Below, piece after piece: positions 46,809-56,785 of a stretch of DNA of 64,000 bases. The notes beneath the pieces are model-generated. The model saw only the letters and a list, made by a program, of their open reading frames with translations. It did no database searches and had not been told where the DNA came from. The position numbers were made by a program, and so were the translations under genes. How positions within the stretch are numbered: position 1 is the stretch's first letter; every line of letters starts with the position of its first letter. This stretch comes from Mycobacteriales bacterium (lineage in GTDB: Bacteria > Actinomycetota > Actinomycetes > BP-191): positions 159,647 through 223,646 of the forward strand of contig DASTMB010000037.1 of NCBI GenBank assembly GCA_035714365.1, in the 5' to 3' direction.

Positions 46809-47791
46809 CCGGAGAGCGCCGCCGCAACCCCACGGCCGACGAGTGGACGACGTTCGCGACGCACCGGCAGGACCGGACGTTCCTCCCGCCGGCAGAGCAC
46901 TGCCCGCTCTGCCCGACGCGCGACCCGGAGCACCCCACCGAGATCCCGCGGGCGGCGTACGACTTCGTCGTCTTCGACAACAAGTTCCCGTCGCTCGTCC
47001 ACGACGCGCCGGCCCCGGCCACGCCCGCCGGCGGCGTCTACGACGTGGCGCCCGCCGTCGGCGCCACCGAGGTCGTCGTCTACTCCGACGACCACGACCT
47101 CAAGCTCGCCGACATGCCGGCCGAGCGGATCGCCCGGCTGGTCGACGTGTGGGCGGACCGGTACGCCGAGCTGGGCCGCCGCGACGAGGTAAAGTACGTC
47201 TTCGTCTTCGAGAACAAGGGCGAGGCGATGGGCGTCACGCTGCACCACCCGCACGGGCAGGTGTACGCGTACCCGGAGATCCCGCCGCGCCCGATGCGCG
47301 AGCTGACCGCCGCGCTCGACCACTTCGCCGCGCACGGCACCTGCGTGTTCTGCGACGTCGTCGCGCGGGAGCGCCGGGACGGCGTCCGCGTCGTCGCCGG
47401 CAACGAGAGCGTCGTCGCGTACGTGCCGTTCTGGGCCCGGTACCCGTACGAGGTGCACATCGCGACCCGCCGCCACTGCGCGTCGCTGCTCGACGTGACC
47501 GCCCCCGAACGCCGCGCCCTCGCCGAGGTGCTCCGCGCCGTGCTGCGCGCGTACGACGGGCTGTTCGGCTTCCCGCTGCCCTACGTCATGTCGATGCACC
47601 AGGCGCCGACCGACGACGGCCAGTGGCAGCACGTCTCGCACCTGCACCTGGAGCTGACGCCGCCGCACCGCACGGCGACGAAGCTCAAGTACCTCGCCGG
47701 CTCCGAGCTCGGCGGCGGGGCGTTCATCAACGACACCGTCCCCGAGCAGACCGCCGCCGAGCTGCGCCGCGCGCTGGCGGCGTCCCTGTGA
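46805..47791 (+). CDS. galT: Galactose-1-phosphate uridylyltransferase
   Basis: ATG overlaps the GH2 stop (ATGA). HCPLCP zinc motif. HPHGQ active-site HxHxQ. Confidence 0.85.
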   Translation: MTGERRRNPTADEWTTFATHRQDRTFLPPAEHCPLCPTRDPEHPTEIPRAAYDFVVFDNKFPSLVHDAPAPATPAGGVYDVAPAVGATEVVVYSDDHDLKLADMPAERIARLVDVWADRYAELGRRDEVKYVFVFENKGEAMGVTLHHPHGQVYAYPEIPPRPMRELTAALDHFAAHGTCVFCDVVARERRDGVRVVAGNESVVAYVPFWARYPYEVHIATRRHCASLLDVTAPERRALAEVLRAVLRAYDGLFGFPLPYVMSMHQAPTDDGQWQHVSHLHLELTPPHRTATKLKYLAGSELGGGAFINDTVPEQTAAELRRALAASL

Positions 47792-48819
47792 CGCCGGAGG
47801 TCGCGGCCAAGCACGCGCGGGTCGTGGCGCTGCTGGACCGGCTCGGCCTGGACTCCCTCGTGCTGCGCCGCCCCGGCAACGTCGCGTGGCTCTCCGGCGG
47901 CGGCCGCACCCACATCCTCGCCACGCCCGAGGCCGGCGTGGCCGTGGTGCGGGTGCGGCGCGACGGCATCGAGGTGCACACCGCCGTCAACGAGGCGGAC
48001 CGGCTGCGCGCGGAGGAGCTGGCCGCCCTCGACGCGGAGTGGCACGTGCTGCCGTGGTCCGCGCCGCTCGCCGTCGACGGCCCCGACGACACGACGTACG
48101 CCGCCGAGGTCGGGGCGCTGCGCCGCTCGCTGCTGCCCGCGGAGGTCGACCGCTACCGGGACGTCGGCCGGGCCGCCGCCGAGGCGATGACCCAGGCGGC
48201 CGGGATGCTGTCGCCGGAGCTGTCCGAGCACGCCGCGGCCGCCGCGCTCGGCGCGGAGCTGCTCGTGCGCGGGCTGGACCCGGTCGTGCTGCTCGTCGCC
48301 GGCGCGTCCCGCGTCGGCGTCCACCGGCACCCGCTGCCGACGGCGGCGCCGTTGGGGGAGATGGTCATGCTCGTCGCCTGCGCGCGCGGCCCCGGCCTCA
48401 TCGCCAACCTCACCCGCTTCGTGTCGTTCGGGCCGGTCCCGGCGGAGTACGAGCGGCTGCTCGACGTGGAGGCGGCGTTCCTCGACGCGACGGTGCCGGG
48501 CACGCCGGTGGGCGAGGCGTTCGCGGCGGGGACGTACGCGTACGCGGCGGCCGGCTTCCCCGCCGACGAGGCGACGCGGCACCACCAGGGCGGCCCGACC
48601 GGCTACGAGACCCGCGACTACCTCGCCGACGCGACGTCCGCGCCCCCGGTCGAGGAGTGGCAGGCGTTCGCCTGGAACCCGAGCGTGCCAGGGCTGAAGG
48701 TCGAGGACACCGTGCTCGCGACGCCGGGCGGCGTGGAGGTGCTGACGGTGGACCCGGCGTGGCCCACGGTCACCGCGCACGGGCGCGCGCGCCCCGCGGT
48801 GATGGTGAGGAGTCACTGA
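47788..48819 (+). CDS. M24-family metallopeptidase (Xaa-Pro aminopeptidase / creatinase fold)
   Basis: GTG start overlaps the galT stop. Pita-bread fold motifs VGVHRHPLP and HHQGGPTGYETRDY. Confidence 0.7.
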   Translation: MTPEVAAKHARVVALLDRLGLDSLVLRRPGNVAWLSGGGRTHILATPEAGVAVVRVRRDGIEVHTAVNEADRLRAEELAALDAEWHVLPWSAPLAVDGPDDTTYAAEVGALRRSLLPAEVDRYRDVGRAAAEAMTQAAGMLSPELSEHAAAAALGAELLVRGLDPVVLLVAGASRVGVHRHPLPTAAPLGEMVMLVACARGPGLIANLTRFVSFGPVPAEYERLLDVEAAFLDATVPGTPVGEAFAAGTYAYAAAGFPADEATRHHQGGPTGYETRDYLADATSAPPVEEWQAFAWNPSVPGLKVEDTVLATPGGVEVLTVDPAWPTVTAHGRARPAVMVRSH

Positions 48820-48918
48820 CCGGTGCGTTATGTCCGGAAGGTCACGGGGTAGGCGGAGGGCAGACGGCCCGCGCGAGACAAGACGCGGGCCCTGCGTCGC
48901 CGTCCCCTGGAGGCCCGG

Positions 48919-50049
48919 TTGCACCCGTCCGAGCGTGACGAGCTCGTCGTCCTGTCCCACCTGCGGTGGGACTGGGTCTGGCAGCGCCCGCAGCACCTGA
49001 TCTCGCGGATCGGGCGCGGGCGCCGCACGTGGTTCGTGGAGGAGCCGCTGCCGTCGCCGGACGTCACCGAGCCCCGGCTGGTCACCGTCGACGCCGGCAC
49101 CGTCACCCGCGTCTGGCTCGAGGTGCCCGGCGAGGCGGGCGCGCACGTCGGCTTCGGCGACGCCGTCGCCGGCGGGTACCTCGCGGCGCTGACCGACCTC
49201 CTCGGCGTCCCCGAGGGCGCGCGCGACGTCTGGCTCTACACGCCGATGGCGCTCGACCTCGCGCTCGCGCTCGTGCCGCGGCTGCTCGTGTACGACGTGA
49301 TGGACGACCTCGCGTCGTTCGCCGGCGCGCCGCCGGAGCTGCTGCTGCGGCAGCGGCAGGCGCTGCACGAGGCGTCGCTGGTGTTCACCGGCGGGCGGTC
49401 CATCCACCGCGGCGTCGCCGGGCAGAACGACCGGACGTTCCTGTTCCCCAGCGGCGTCGACATCGAGCACTACGCGCCCGCGCGGCGGCTCCGGCCCGAG
49501 TCGCGCGACCGGCACGTCGCCGGCTACGTCGGCGTCATCGACGAACGCCTCGACCTCTCGCTGGTCGCCTCGCTCGCCGCGGCGTTGCCGGACTGGACGA
49601 TCGAGCTGGTCGGCCCGGTCTGCAAGATCGACGAGGCGTCGCTGCCGCAGGCGCCGAACATCGCCTACCTCGGCAAGCAGCCGTACGAGAAGCTGCCGGA
49701 CGTCATGGCCGGCTTCGACGTCGCACTCATGCCGTTCGCGCTCAACGAGGCGACGCGCTCGATCAGCCCCACCAAGACGCTCGAGTACCTCGCCGCCGGC
49801 CTGCCCGTCGTGTCCACCCGGGTGCCGGACGTCGTCAGCGACTTCGGGGCGTTCGTGCAGCTCGAGGACGACGGCGACGGCTTCGCCCGCGCCTGCCGCA
49901 ACGTCCGCCGCCACGACGTCGCCGAACGCGACGCGCGGCTCGCGCCGGTGCTCACCCGCTACCGGTGGGACTGGATCGCCGACCGGATGGCGCGCCACAT
50001 GGACGACGTCCTCAGCGGCGCCACCGCGACCGTCGAGGAGACGGCGTGA
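48919..50049 (+). CDS. Glycosyltransferase, GT-B fold (GT1/GT4-like)
   Basis: C-terminal nucleotide-sugar-binding region (FDVALMPFALNEATRSISPTKTLEYLAAGLPVVST). Confidence 0.7.
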   Translation: MHPSERDELVVLSHLRWDWVWQRPQHLISRIGRGRRTWFVEEPLPSPDVTEPRLVTVDAGTVTRVWLEVPGEAGAHVGFGDAVAGGYLAALTDLLGVPEGARDVWLYTPMALDLALALVPRLLVYDVMDDLASFAGAPPELLLRQRQALHEASLVFTGGRSIHRGVAGQNDRTFLFPSGVDIEHYAPARRLRPESRDRHVAGYVGVIDERLDLSLVASLAAALPDWTIELVGPVCKIDEASLPQAPNIAYLGKQPYEKLPDVMAGFDVALMPFALNEATRSISPTKTLEYLAAGLPVVSTRVPDVVSDFGAFVQLEDDGDGFARACRNVRRHDVAERDARLAPVLTRYRWDWIADRMARHMDDVLSGATATVEETA

Positions 50050-51443
50050 GCCTGCCGGACAACCCCCGCATCGTCATCGTCGGCGCCGGCCCCACCGGGC
50101 TCGGCGCCGGCTACCGCCTCAACGAGCTCGGCTACGACGACTGGGTGATCCTCGAGGCGAACGACTACGTCGGCGGCCTCGCCACGTCGTTCACCTCCGA
50201 GAACGGCTTCACCTACGACGTGGGCGGCCACGTCATGTTCAGCCACTACAAGTACTACGACGACCTCGTCGAACGCCTCATGGGCGACGAGTACACCGAG
50301 CTCAAGCGCGAGGCCTGGGTGTGGATGGAGAACCGCTTCATCCCGTACCCGTTCCAGAACAACGTCGGCGGGCTGTCGCCGGAGACGACGTTCGACTGCG
50401 TCATGGGCGCGATCCGCGCGCGGTACGAGCCGACCGGCGAGACGCCGCAGAACTTCCGCGAGTGGGTCCTCGCCACCATGGGCGACGGCATCGCCAAGCA
50501 CTTCATGCTGCCGTACAACTTCAAGGTCTGGGCCACCCCGCCCGAGCTGATGAACTACGTCTGGATCGGCGAGCGCGTCGCCGTCGTCGACGTCGAGGAC
50601 CTCCTGCGCAACGTGCTGTTCGAGAAGCCGGAGACCACCTGGGGGCCGAACTCCACGTTCAAGTACCCGCTGCGCGGCGGCACCGGCTTCCTCTACGAGG
50701 GGATGCGGCGCTACGTCGAGCCGCACCTCGAGCTCAAGACCACCGTCGCGTCGATCGACCCCGTCGCCAAGGTCGTCCGCACCACCGACGGGCGGGACTG
50801 GCCGTACGACGTGCTGCTCAACACCATGCCGCTCAACAAGCTCGTCTCGTCGTTCACCGGCGGCGTCCCCGACGCCGTCCGCGACGCCGTGGGCGGGCTG
50901 GTGTGGAGCGGCTCGCACATCGTCGGCATCGGCGTCGACCGGCCCGCCATGTCCAACAAGAACTGGATCTACTTCCCCGAGCCGGACGTGCCGTTCTACC
51001 GGGTGACGTACCTGTCGAACTACTCGCCGTACCTCGCCGCGACCCCCGACCAGACGATCTTCCTCACCGAGACGTCGCGGTCGACGTTCAAGCCCGAGGC
51101 CGCCGACACCATCGTCGACCGGGTCGTCGACGGGCTCTGCTCCACCGGCCTCATGGAGGAGTCCGACCGCGACCTCGTCGTCGACCGCTGGCTCTGCTCG
51201 CCGGACATGTCGTACCCGGTGCCGTCCGTCGGGCGCGACCAGGCACTCGGCACCATCCAGCCGTGGCTGCGTTCGCAGGGGATCTTCTCCCGCGGCCGGT
51301 TCGGCGCCTGGCTCTACGAGATCGGCAACATGGACCACTCGGCGATGCAGGGCGTGGAGTTCGTCAACCACGTGCTGCACGGCGAGCCGGAGACCGTGTG
51401 GATCCCGCGCGGCGAGGGCGAGGCCGGCGCCGGGATCCGTTGA
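50046..51443 (+). CDS. FAD-dependent oxidoreductase of the amine-oxidase fold, UDP-galactopyranose-mutase-like
   Basis: GTG start overlaps the GT stop. Dinucleotide-binding IVIVGAGPTGLGAGYRL ... ILEANDYVGG. Placement next to a GT and galactose genes. Confidence 0.6.
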   Translation: MSLPDNPRIVIVGAGPTGLGAGYRLNELGYDDWVILEANDYVGGLATSFTSENGFTYDVGGHVMFSHYKYYDDLVERLMGDEYTELKREAWVWMENRFIPYPFQNNVGGLSPETTFDCVMGAIRARYEPTGETPQNFREWVLATMGDGIAKHFMLPYNFKVWATPPELMNYVWIGERVAVVDVEDLLRNVLFEKPETTWGPNSTFKYPLRGGTGFLYEGMRRYVEPHLELKTTVASIDPVAKVVRTTDGRDWPYDVLLNTMPLNKLVSSFTGGVPDAVRDAVGGLVWSGSHIVGIGVDRPAMSNKNWIYFPEPDVPFYRVTYLSNYSPYLAATPDQTIFLTETSRSTFKPEAADTIVDRVVDGLCSTGLMEESDRDLVVDRWLCSPDMSYPVPSVGRDQALGTIQPWLRSQGIFSRGRFGAWLYEIGNMDHSAMQGVEFVNHVLHGEPETVWIPRGEGEAGAGIR

Positions 51444-51534
51444 CGGGCGGTCGGCCCTCCATTACTCTGACCACGCGGTTTGGCCACGGTCGCCGCCCAG
51501 CCTTAGACCCCGCCCCGGCGGGGTCTTCGTGCGT

Positions 51535-52221
51535 CTAGGGCACCCAGCACGAGATCCGGTGCACACGCGGCTCGATCCGCGCCCACAACGCCGCGTTCGC
51601 GCGCACCGCGCGCTCGTCGCGTTCGACGCCCGACGTGATCCGCCGGTGCAGGAACGCCACCAGGTCGGCGGCCTGGAGCAGCCGGCTGGCGCGTGACGGC
51701 GCGAAGTGCAGCGTGTCCGCGATCCGCGTCAGGTGCCGCGGCCGGTAGCCCGGCGTCGGGCCGCGCTGGAAGCGCCAGATGTGCTCCCGATACCCGTCGG
51801 CTCCGGCGACCTCGTCCGCGATGAGCAGCAGCCGCTCGTCGCGGTCCTCGGCGAGCCGGTCGACCCGCTCGGCGAGGTGCTGGAGCACGACCGCGTGCGG
51901 GTGGACCGTGTGCCGCGCCCGGAGCGCCGGGACGTCCACGCCCTGGAGGACGAGCCGCACGTCGTGCGCCGCGATCGCGGCGAGCGCCGCGTGGTAGACG
52001 CCGAGCCGGGCCCGGACGCGGCGTGCGAACGGCGCCCACTCCTGCGAGCCGTGGAACAGCGCGTGCCCGTGCAGCTCGGCCTGGTCCGGCACGCCGGGCG
52101 CCGACGCGACGACGGCGTCCAGCGCGTGCATCAGCGGGATCGCCTGGTCGTCGGGACAGACGAGTCCGCAGAGCCAGTAGCGGGCGCGGTCGTACGACTC
52201 GTCCAGGTACGTGAGCAGCAT
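51535..52221 (-). CDS. DUF3800-family protein (paralog 2)
   Basis: N-terminal LLTYLDESYD and C-terminal LLQAADLVAF, matching the DUF3800 pattern. Confidence 0.6.
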   Translation of the reverse strand: MLLTYLDESYDRARYWLCGLVCPDDQAIPLMHALDAVVASAPGVPDQAELHGHALFHGSQEWAPFARRVRARLGVYHAALAAIAAHDVRLVLQGVDVPALRARHTVHPHAVVLQHLAERVDRLAEDRDERLLLIADEVAGADGYREHIWRFQRGPTPGYRPRHLTRIADTLHFAPSRASRLLQAADLVAFLHRRITSGVERDERAVRANAALWARIEPRVHRISCWVP

Positions 52222-52387
52222 CGGACCCAGCGTTGCAGCGCCGGAGGGCTTGTGACGGAGCCGGAGCCGATCTGTGGACAGCCATTTCCCTTCGTTGACG
52301 CGGTGGTCATTCGTCCCTATCGTGCGCGTTCGTCACGAATGGTGCGATGCCGTCACCGGCGGCATTGGTCGAGCGCACGGGGGACGA

Positions 52388-53197
52388 ATGAGGGCGCGCA
52401 TTCTCGCGCTCGCGGTGGCGGCGGCTCTCGCCGCGCCCGCACCCGCGACGGCGACGGTCACCGCGGCTGACGGCCGAGCCCTCCCGGTCGGCTCCGTCGT
52501 CGCGTACGGCGCCCGCCACGGCGACACCTGCACGTTCGACGCTCCCTCGGTCGCCCTCGCCGGCGACGAGGTCGCACTCGGGCTGCGTGCCGACGACGGC
52601 TGCCGGCTCGTCGTGTGGACCGTCTCGCCCGCGGTGGCGGACTCGCTGGTGCAGGTGGGACGCCCGAAGACGGATGCGGACGGTGCCACGGCACCGAACG
52701 CTGCGGACCTCACGAGCAGCGGGTCCGGACCGACGGTCTCCGGTCCGGAGGCCGCGGCGGTGGGCATCGTCACCGCCGCGGCGTCGCAGGACGAACGGCA
52801 GGTGCTGCTGCGGCAGAGCGTCTACAAGCCGGGCGGGGTCCGCGTCTACGAGGACGAGGCGGAGGCGGTGTACCTCGTCGACCGGCGCACGGGCGCGCTG
52901 TCCGGGCTGCAGCCGACCGGCGGCTACTGCGCCGGTGACCTGCTCAGCGACTTCGTCTACTCGCCGTTGACCGAGGTGGTCGACTGCTACTACAAGCGCC
53001 GCTACGGCGGCCCCGACCGGATCGGCTTCCTCTCCGGCGGCTACTACCGCGAGGTCGTGGCGGGCATCCAGACCGACGGGCGGACGCTCACCGAGACGTT
53101 CAACCGGTATCGCGGCAAGCCGGCGACCTGGACCTACGACGCGGGCGGTGCGCTGCCCGTGGGCTGGTACACCTACTTCTACGCGCGGGACGTCTGA
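52388..53197 (+). CDS. Secreted hypothetical protein
   Basis: Internal ATG gives signal peptide MRARILALAVAAALAAPAPATA. Stop overlaps the next gene's start (ATGA... 53195-53199). Confidence 0.5.
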   Translation: MRARILALAVAAALAAPAPATATVTAADGRALPVGSVVAYGARHGDTCTFDAPSVALAGDEVALGLRADDGCRLVVWTVSPAVADSLVQVGRPKTDADGATAPNAADLTSSGSGPTVSGPEAAAVGIVTAAASQDERQVLLRQSVYKPGGVRVYEDEAEAVYLVDRRTGALSGLQPTGGYCAGDLLSDFVYSPLTEVVDCYYKRRYGGPDRIGFLSGGYYREVVAGIQTDGRTLTETFNRYRGKPATWTYDAGGALPVGWYTYFYARDV

Positions 53198-53982
53198 TGG
53201 GCAGCCGGGTGCGGGGCGCGGCCGTCGTGGCGCTGCTCCTGCTCGGGATCGCGCCCGGCGCGCGGGCCGCGGCACCGCCGCTCCTCACGGTGAGCGGTGA
53301 CCACTCCGCCGGCGCGGCGATCACGCTGACGACCCGCACGACGCTCGACTTCGAGGACGCGCTCGTCACGACGCACGGGGGGTACGCGGTCCTGACCCTG
53401 TACTCCGCGGCCGGCCGGGAGGTCGGCGGGGTGGCGCGGCTGCCCGAGCTGACCGACCCGGCACAGCCGGACCCGCTCGCGCCGCCCACGGTTCTGGGCA
53501 GCGGTCTGGTCACGCTGGACCCGGGCCGTTACCGCCTCTACCTCCTGACCGACGCCTCCACCACGGTCACGGTGCCGCTCCTCGCCGGCGAGGGCAGCGC
53601 GGTGACGCCGACGGCGCCGCTGCGCGCCACCCACAGCGCGGCCCGCACCTCGGTCACGCGGCCGACGGCGACGCTCCGGCTGCCGCTCGCGGAGCGGCGT
53701 GGCGCGGTCACGCTGGCGGTGGCGCAGTACACCGCCGGCACCGCCAACCTGGGGACGCACACGTTGCGGCTCTGCTTCACGCGCCGCGGGCGTGCCTGCG
53801 TGGACGGCCTCGCGTACACCGGGCAGGCGGTGCACTCGTCGCAGATCGGCTACGAGTTCAACTCCCCGCCCCGCCACGGCAACGACCTCCGGGCGGAGCT
53901 GCGCACGGCGCCGACGGCGCCACCGCCCGCACCGACCGACACGCTCGGGCTCGTCCTGCTCCAGTACGACGTGGCGCGCTAG
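53197..53982 (+). CDS. Secreted hypothetical protein
   Basis: Signal peptide MGSRVRGAAVVALLLLGIAPGARA. Translationally coupled to the upstream gene. Confidence 0.5.
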   Translation: MGSRVRGAAVVALLLLGIAPGARAAAPPLLTVSGDHSAGAAITLTTRTTLDFEDALVTTHGGYAVLTLYSAAGREVGGVARLPELTDPAQPDPLAPPTVLGSGLVTLDPGRYRLYLLTDASTTVTVPLLAGEGSAVTPTAPLRATHSAARTSVTRPTATLRLPLAERRGAVTLAVAQYTAGTANLGTHTLRLCFTRRGRACVDGLAYTGQAVHSSQIGYEFNSPPRHGNDLRAELRTAPTAPPPAPTDTLGLVLLQYDVAR

Positions 53983-54872
53983 GGACGCCAGGGGCCGACG
54001 GACGCGATCTCGGCCGAGGACACCGGGTACGGCAGCGCGAGCTCGTCGCACGCCCACCGCAACGACGCCACCGCCTCGCGGCGCATCGTCTCCAGCAGCC
54101 GCGGGATCGGCGGCACCGGTCCGGCGAGCCAGCCGGCCGCGAGGCCGGCCATCCACGCCGCCCACTCCGGGTGCCCGGCGGCGAGCACGTGCCCGCCGGG
54201 CCCGCCGGCGGCGCGGACGCCGGCCTCGCCCATGGCGAGCATCGCGGCCGGGTTGCCGGACGACGCCCCGGCCCAGTCGACGACGACGGCGCCGCGGCCG
54301 GGGAGCCGGCACCAGTTCTGCAGCCACAGGTCGCGGTGGACGAGCCGGTCGCCGGCCGGGTCGGCTTCGACCGCGGCGGCGGCGAGCACCGGGACGTGCA
54401 CCGTCCAGGCCGCGTCGACCAGGCCGCAGGCGACGAGCGGCGACGGGTCGTCGGCCCAGGCCGGCACGTGGGCCGGCTCGGCCAGCCCGGGGAACGCCGC
54501 CACGGAGCCGAGCGCGGTCAGCGCCTGTCGCAACGCGACCGCGTCGGCGGCGGTGACCGGCGCGCCCCAGGCCGCGGCGGAGAGGTCCTCGGTCACGAGC
54601 ACGCGCGGCACGTCGCCGCCGCCGGGCTCGTACGCGACCAGCGCGGGCAGGTGCGGCGAGTCGACGGTGGCGTAGACGAGCCGCTCGACGGCGACGCCCC
54701 AGCCGTCGGCGCGCGGCGGCTGCTCGGCCTTGACGAACGCCGTACGCCCGCCGGGCAGCGTGACCGACCACCGGCCGGTGTCGGAATAGCCGCCCTCGCG
54801 CAGCGGCCGCACCGTCTCCGGCGCGGCGCCGAGCAGCGCGGCGACGACCGCCGCGACGACCTCGTACTCCAC
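53979..54872 (-). CDS. Aminoglycoside-phosphotransferase-like (APH/ChoK family) kinase
   Basis: VHRDLWLQNW (HxDxxxxN catalytic loop) and VVDWAGASSG (DxG). Confidence 0.65.
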   Translation of the reverse strand: MEYEVVAAVVAALLGAAPETVRPLREGGYSDTGRWSVTLPGGRTAFVKAEQPPRADGWGVAVERLVYATVDSPHLPALVAYEPGGGDVPRVLVTEDLSAAAWGAPVTAADAVALRQALTALGSVAAFPGLAEPAHVPAWADDPSPLVACGLVDAAWTVHVPVLAAAAVEADPAGDRLVHRDLWLQNWCRLPGRGAVVVDWAGASSGNPAAMLAMGEAGVRAAGGPGGHVLAAGHPEWAAWMAGLAAGWLAGPVPPIPRLLETMRREAVASLRWACDELALPYPVSSAEIASVGPWRP

Positions 54873-54932
54873 CGGCGCAGCGTTTCACGCCGACCGGCCA
54901 GGGCAACCGAACGGGGACGCGAGGAGGACGAC

Positions 54933-55532
54933 GTGGACGCGACGAACGACGGCCTGTCCCTGCTGCGGGAGGACCACCGGGCGATGGTGGAGCTGTTCCA
55001 GCAGATCGAGGCGGTGCCGCGGGGCATCCCAGCGGACACGGAGGGCATGCAGCGCAAGCGGAAGCTGTTCGAGCAGGTGTCGGCGGCGCTGTCGCGGCAC
55101 GCCATGGCGGAGGAGCAGCTGCTCTACCCGCTGGCCCGCCGGGTGCTGGACGGCGGCGACGCGCTCGCCGACCACGCCCTGGCCGAGCACCAGCAGGTGA
55201 AGGAGACGCTGGTCCGGCTCGACGGCCTGAGCGTCGACAACCTCGACTTCGACGGCGAGATCCGCTCGCTCATGGCGACGATCCGCGACCACGTCAAGGA
55301 GGAGGAGAACGACCTCTTCCCGGCGCTGGAGTCGCGCCTCACCGCGGGCGAGCTGGCCGAGCTGGCCCGCGACCTGGAACGCGCCGAGCGCATGGCGCCG
55401 ACCCGGCCGCACCCGAACGCGCCGAACCAGCCGCCGTTCAACGTCCTGGCCGGCGCGGGCGTGGCGGTCGTCGACAAGGCGCGCGACGCGCTGTCCGGGC
55501 GCGGCGACATCCGGCCGGGGAGCGACGAGTGA
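54933..55532 (+). CDS. Hemerythrin HHE cation-binding domain protein
   Basis: GAGGAGG RBS then GTG. Repeated H..EE..L(Y/F)P motifs (AMAEEQLLYPL; HVKEEENDLFPAL). Confidence 0.65.
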   Translation: MDATNDGLSLLREDHRAMVELFQQIEAVPRGIPADTEGMQRKRKLFEQVSAALSRHAMAEEQLLYPLARRVLDGGDALADHALAEHQQVKETLVRLDGLSVDNLDFDGEIRSLMATIRDHVKEEENDLFPALESRLTAGELAELARDLERAERMAPTRPHPNAPNQPPFNVLAGAGVAVVDKARDALSGRGDIRPGSDE

Positions 55533-56530
55533 GACGGGACCTGGCGGGCCGCGTGGCCGTCGTCGTCGGCGCGTCGTCGGGCATCGGGCGCGCGGCCGCG
55601 AACAGGCTCGCGGCCGAGGGCGCGGTCGTCGTCTGCGCGGCGCGCGGCAAGGCGGCGCTGGACGCGACGGTGGCGGAGATCCGGCACGCGGGCGGCAAGG
55701 CGCACGCGGTGCCGTGCGACGTCGCCGACCGCGAGCAGGTCGAGTCGCTGGCCCGGCAGGTCGCCGCCGAGCACGGCCGGATCGACGTGTGGGCCAACGT
55801 CGTCGGCATCGCGACCTACGGCACCGTCGAGCAGACGCCGCCGGAGGAGTTCGAGCGCGTCGTGCGGGTCAACTTCCTCGGCCACGTGTGGGGCGCCTAC
55901 GCCGCCCTGCCGCACCTGCGCGAGACGGCCGGGACGCTCATCGGCGTCTCCTCGGTGGTGGGCGTGCGCGCGGTGCCGCTGCTCGCGTCCTACTCGGCGT
56001 CGAAGTGGGCGCTGCGCGGCTTCTACGACGCGTTGCGGATGGAGCTGCGCCGGGAACGCACCGGCGTCGAGGTGACGACGATCCTGCCGTCGTCGGTCGA
56101 CACGCCGTTCTTCCTGCACGCGCGGTCGCGGCTCGGCACCCGGCCGCGGCCGATCCCGCCGGTCTACGACCCGGACGTCGTCGCGGCGGCGATCGTGCGC
56201 GCCGCGAAGCGGCCGACCCGCGAGGTCGTCGTCGGCGGCTCCGGCGCCGGGCTGCTCGTCCTGCAACGGCTCGCGCCCGCGTTCTCCGACCGGCTGCTCA
56301 ACGCCGGCGGGCTGGTCTGGCGGCTGCAGCGCGACACCCGCCCCGACGACGTCCACGACACCTTGGACGAGCCGCTCGACGGCGCGGGAGCGGTTCGCGG
56401 CGGGTGGCGCGGGCACGTGTCGCACACCAGCGCGTACACCGCGCTGGCCGGGCAGCGGCCCTGGGTGACCCGGGCGCTGGTCGCGGGAACGGCGGCGTTG
56501 ACGGTACGACGGCTGCGGAGGTGCCGATGA
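55529..56530 (+). CDS. Short-chain dehydrogenase/reductase (SDR)
   Basis: VVVGASSGIGRAAA cofactor motif. YSASK catalytic motif. GTG start overlaps the upstream stop. Confidence 0.8.
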   Translation: MRRDLAGRVAVVVGASSGIGRAAANRLAAEGAVVVCAARGKAALDATVAEIRHAGGKAHAVPCDVADREQVESLARQVAAEHGRIDVWANVVGIATYGTVEQTPPEEFERVVRVNFLGHVWGAYAALPHLRETAGTLIGVSSVVGVRAVPLLASYSASKWALRGFYDALRMELRRERTGVEVTTILPSSVDTPFFLHARSRLGTRPRPIPPVYDPDVVAAAIVRAAKRPTREVVVGGSGAGLLVLQRLAPAFSDRLLNAGGLVWRLQRDTRPDDVHDTLDEPLDGAGAVRGGWRGHVSHTSAYTALAGQRPWVTRALVAGTAALTVRRLRRCR

Positions 56531-56781
56531 GCACGGTGTGGGTGACGAACGGCGATGCCACCGGCGGCGCCGCCGAGGGCGACTACGTCCTCAAGCCGGC
56601 CGGCGACCTGGTGGAGGTCGGGCGGGTCGAGGGCGGCGAGGTCTGCTGGCTCCAGCCGGTCCCCGCCTCGACGCTGCCGGACCTCGGCACCGCCGACGGG
56701 CTCACCGAGGCGCCCGAGCAGGACCGCGCGCTCGCCGCCGTCCGCGGCGTCGAGACCGCCCTGAACACCCGCGGCGGCTGA
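56527..56781 (+). CDS. Small hypothetical protein (84 aa)
   Basis: GGAGG RBS then ATG, overlapping the SDR stop. Confidence 0.4.
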   Translation: MSTVWVTNGDATGGAAEGDYVLKPAGDLVEVGRVEGGEVCWLQPVPASTLPDLGTADGLTEAPEQDRALAAVRGVETALNTRGG

Positions 56782-56785
56782 CCGC

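Noticed and set aside
47581-51380. 805-aa and 473-aa minus ORFs antisense to the M24/GT/flavoenzyme genes
   Set aside because: Low-complexity Arg/Gly/Val frames opposite motif-supported genes.
53179-54906. 575-aa minus ORF over the secreted-protein and kinase genes
   Set aside because: Arg/Gly/Ala junk composition.
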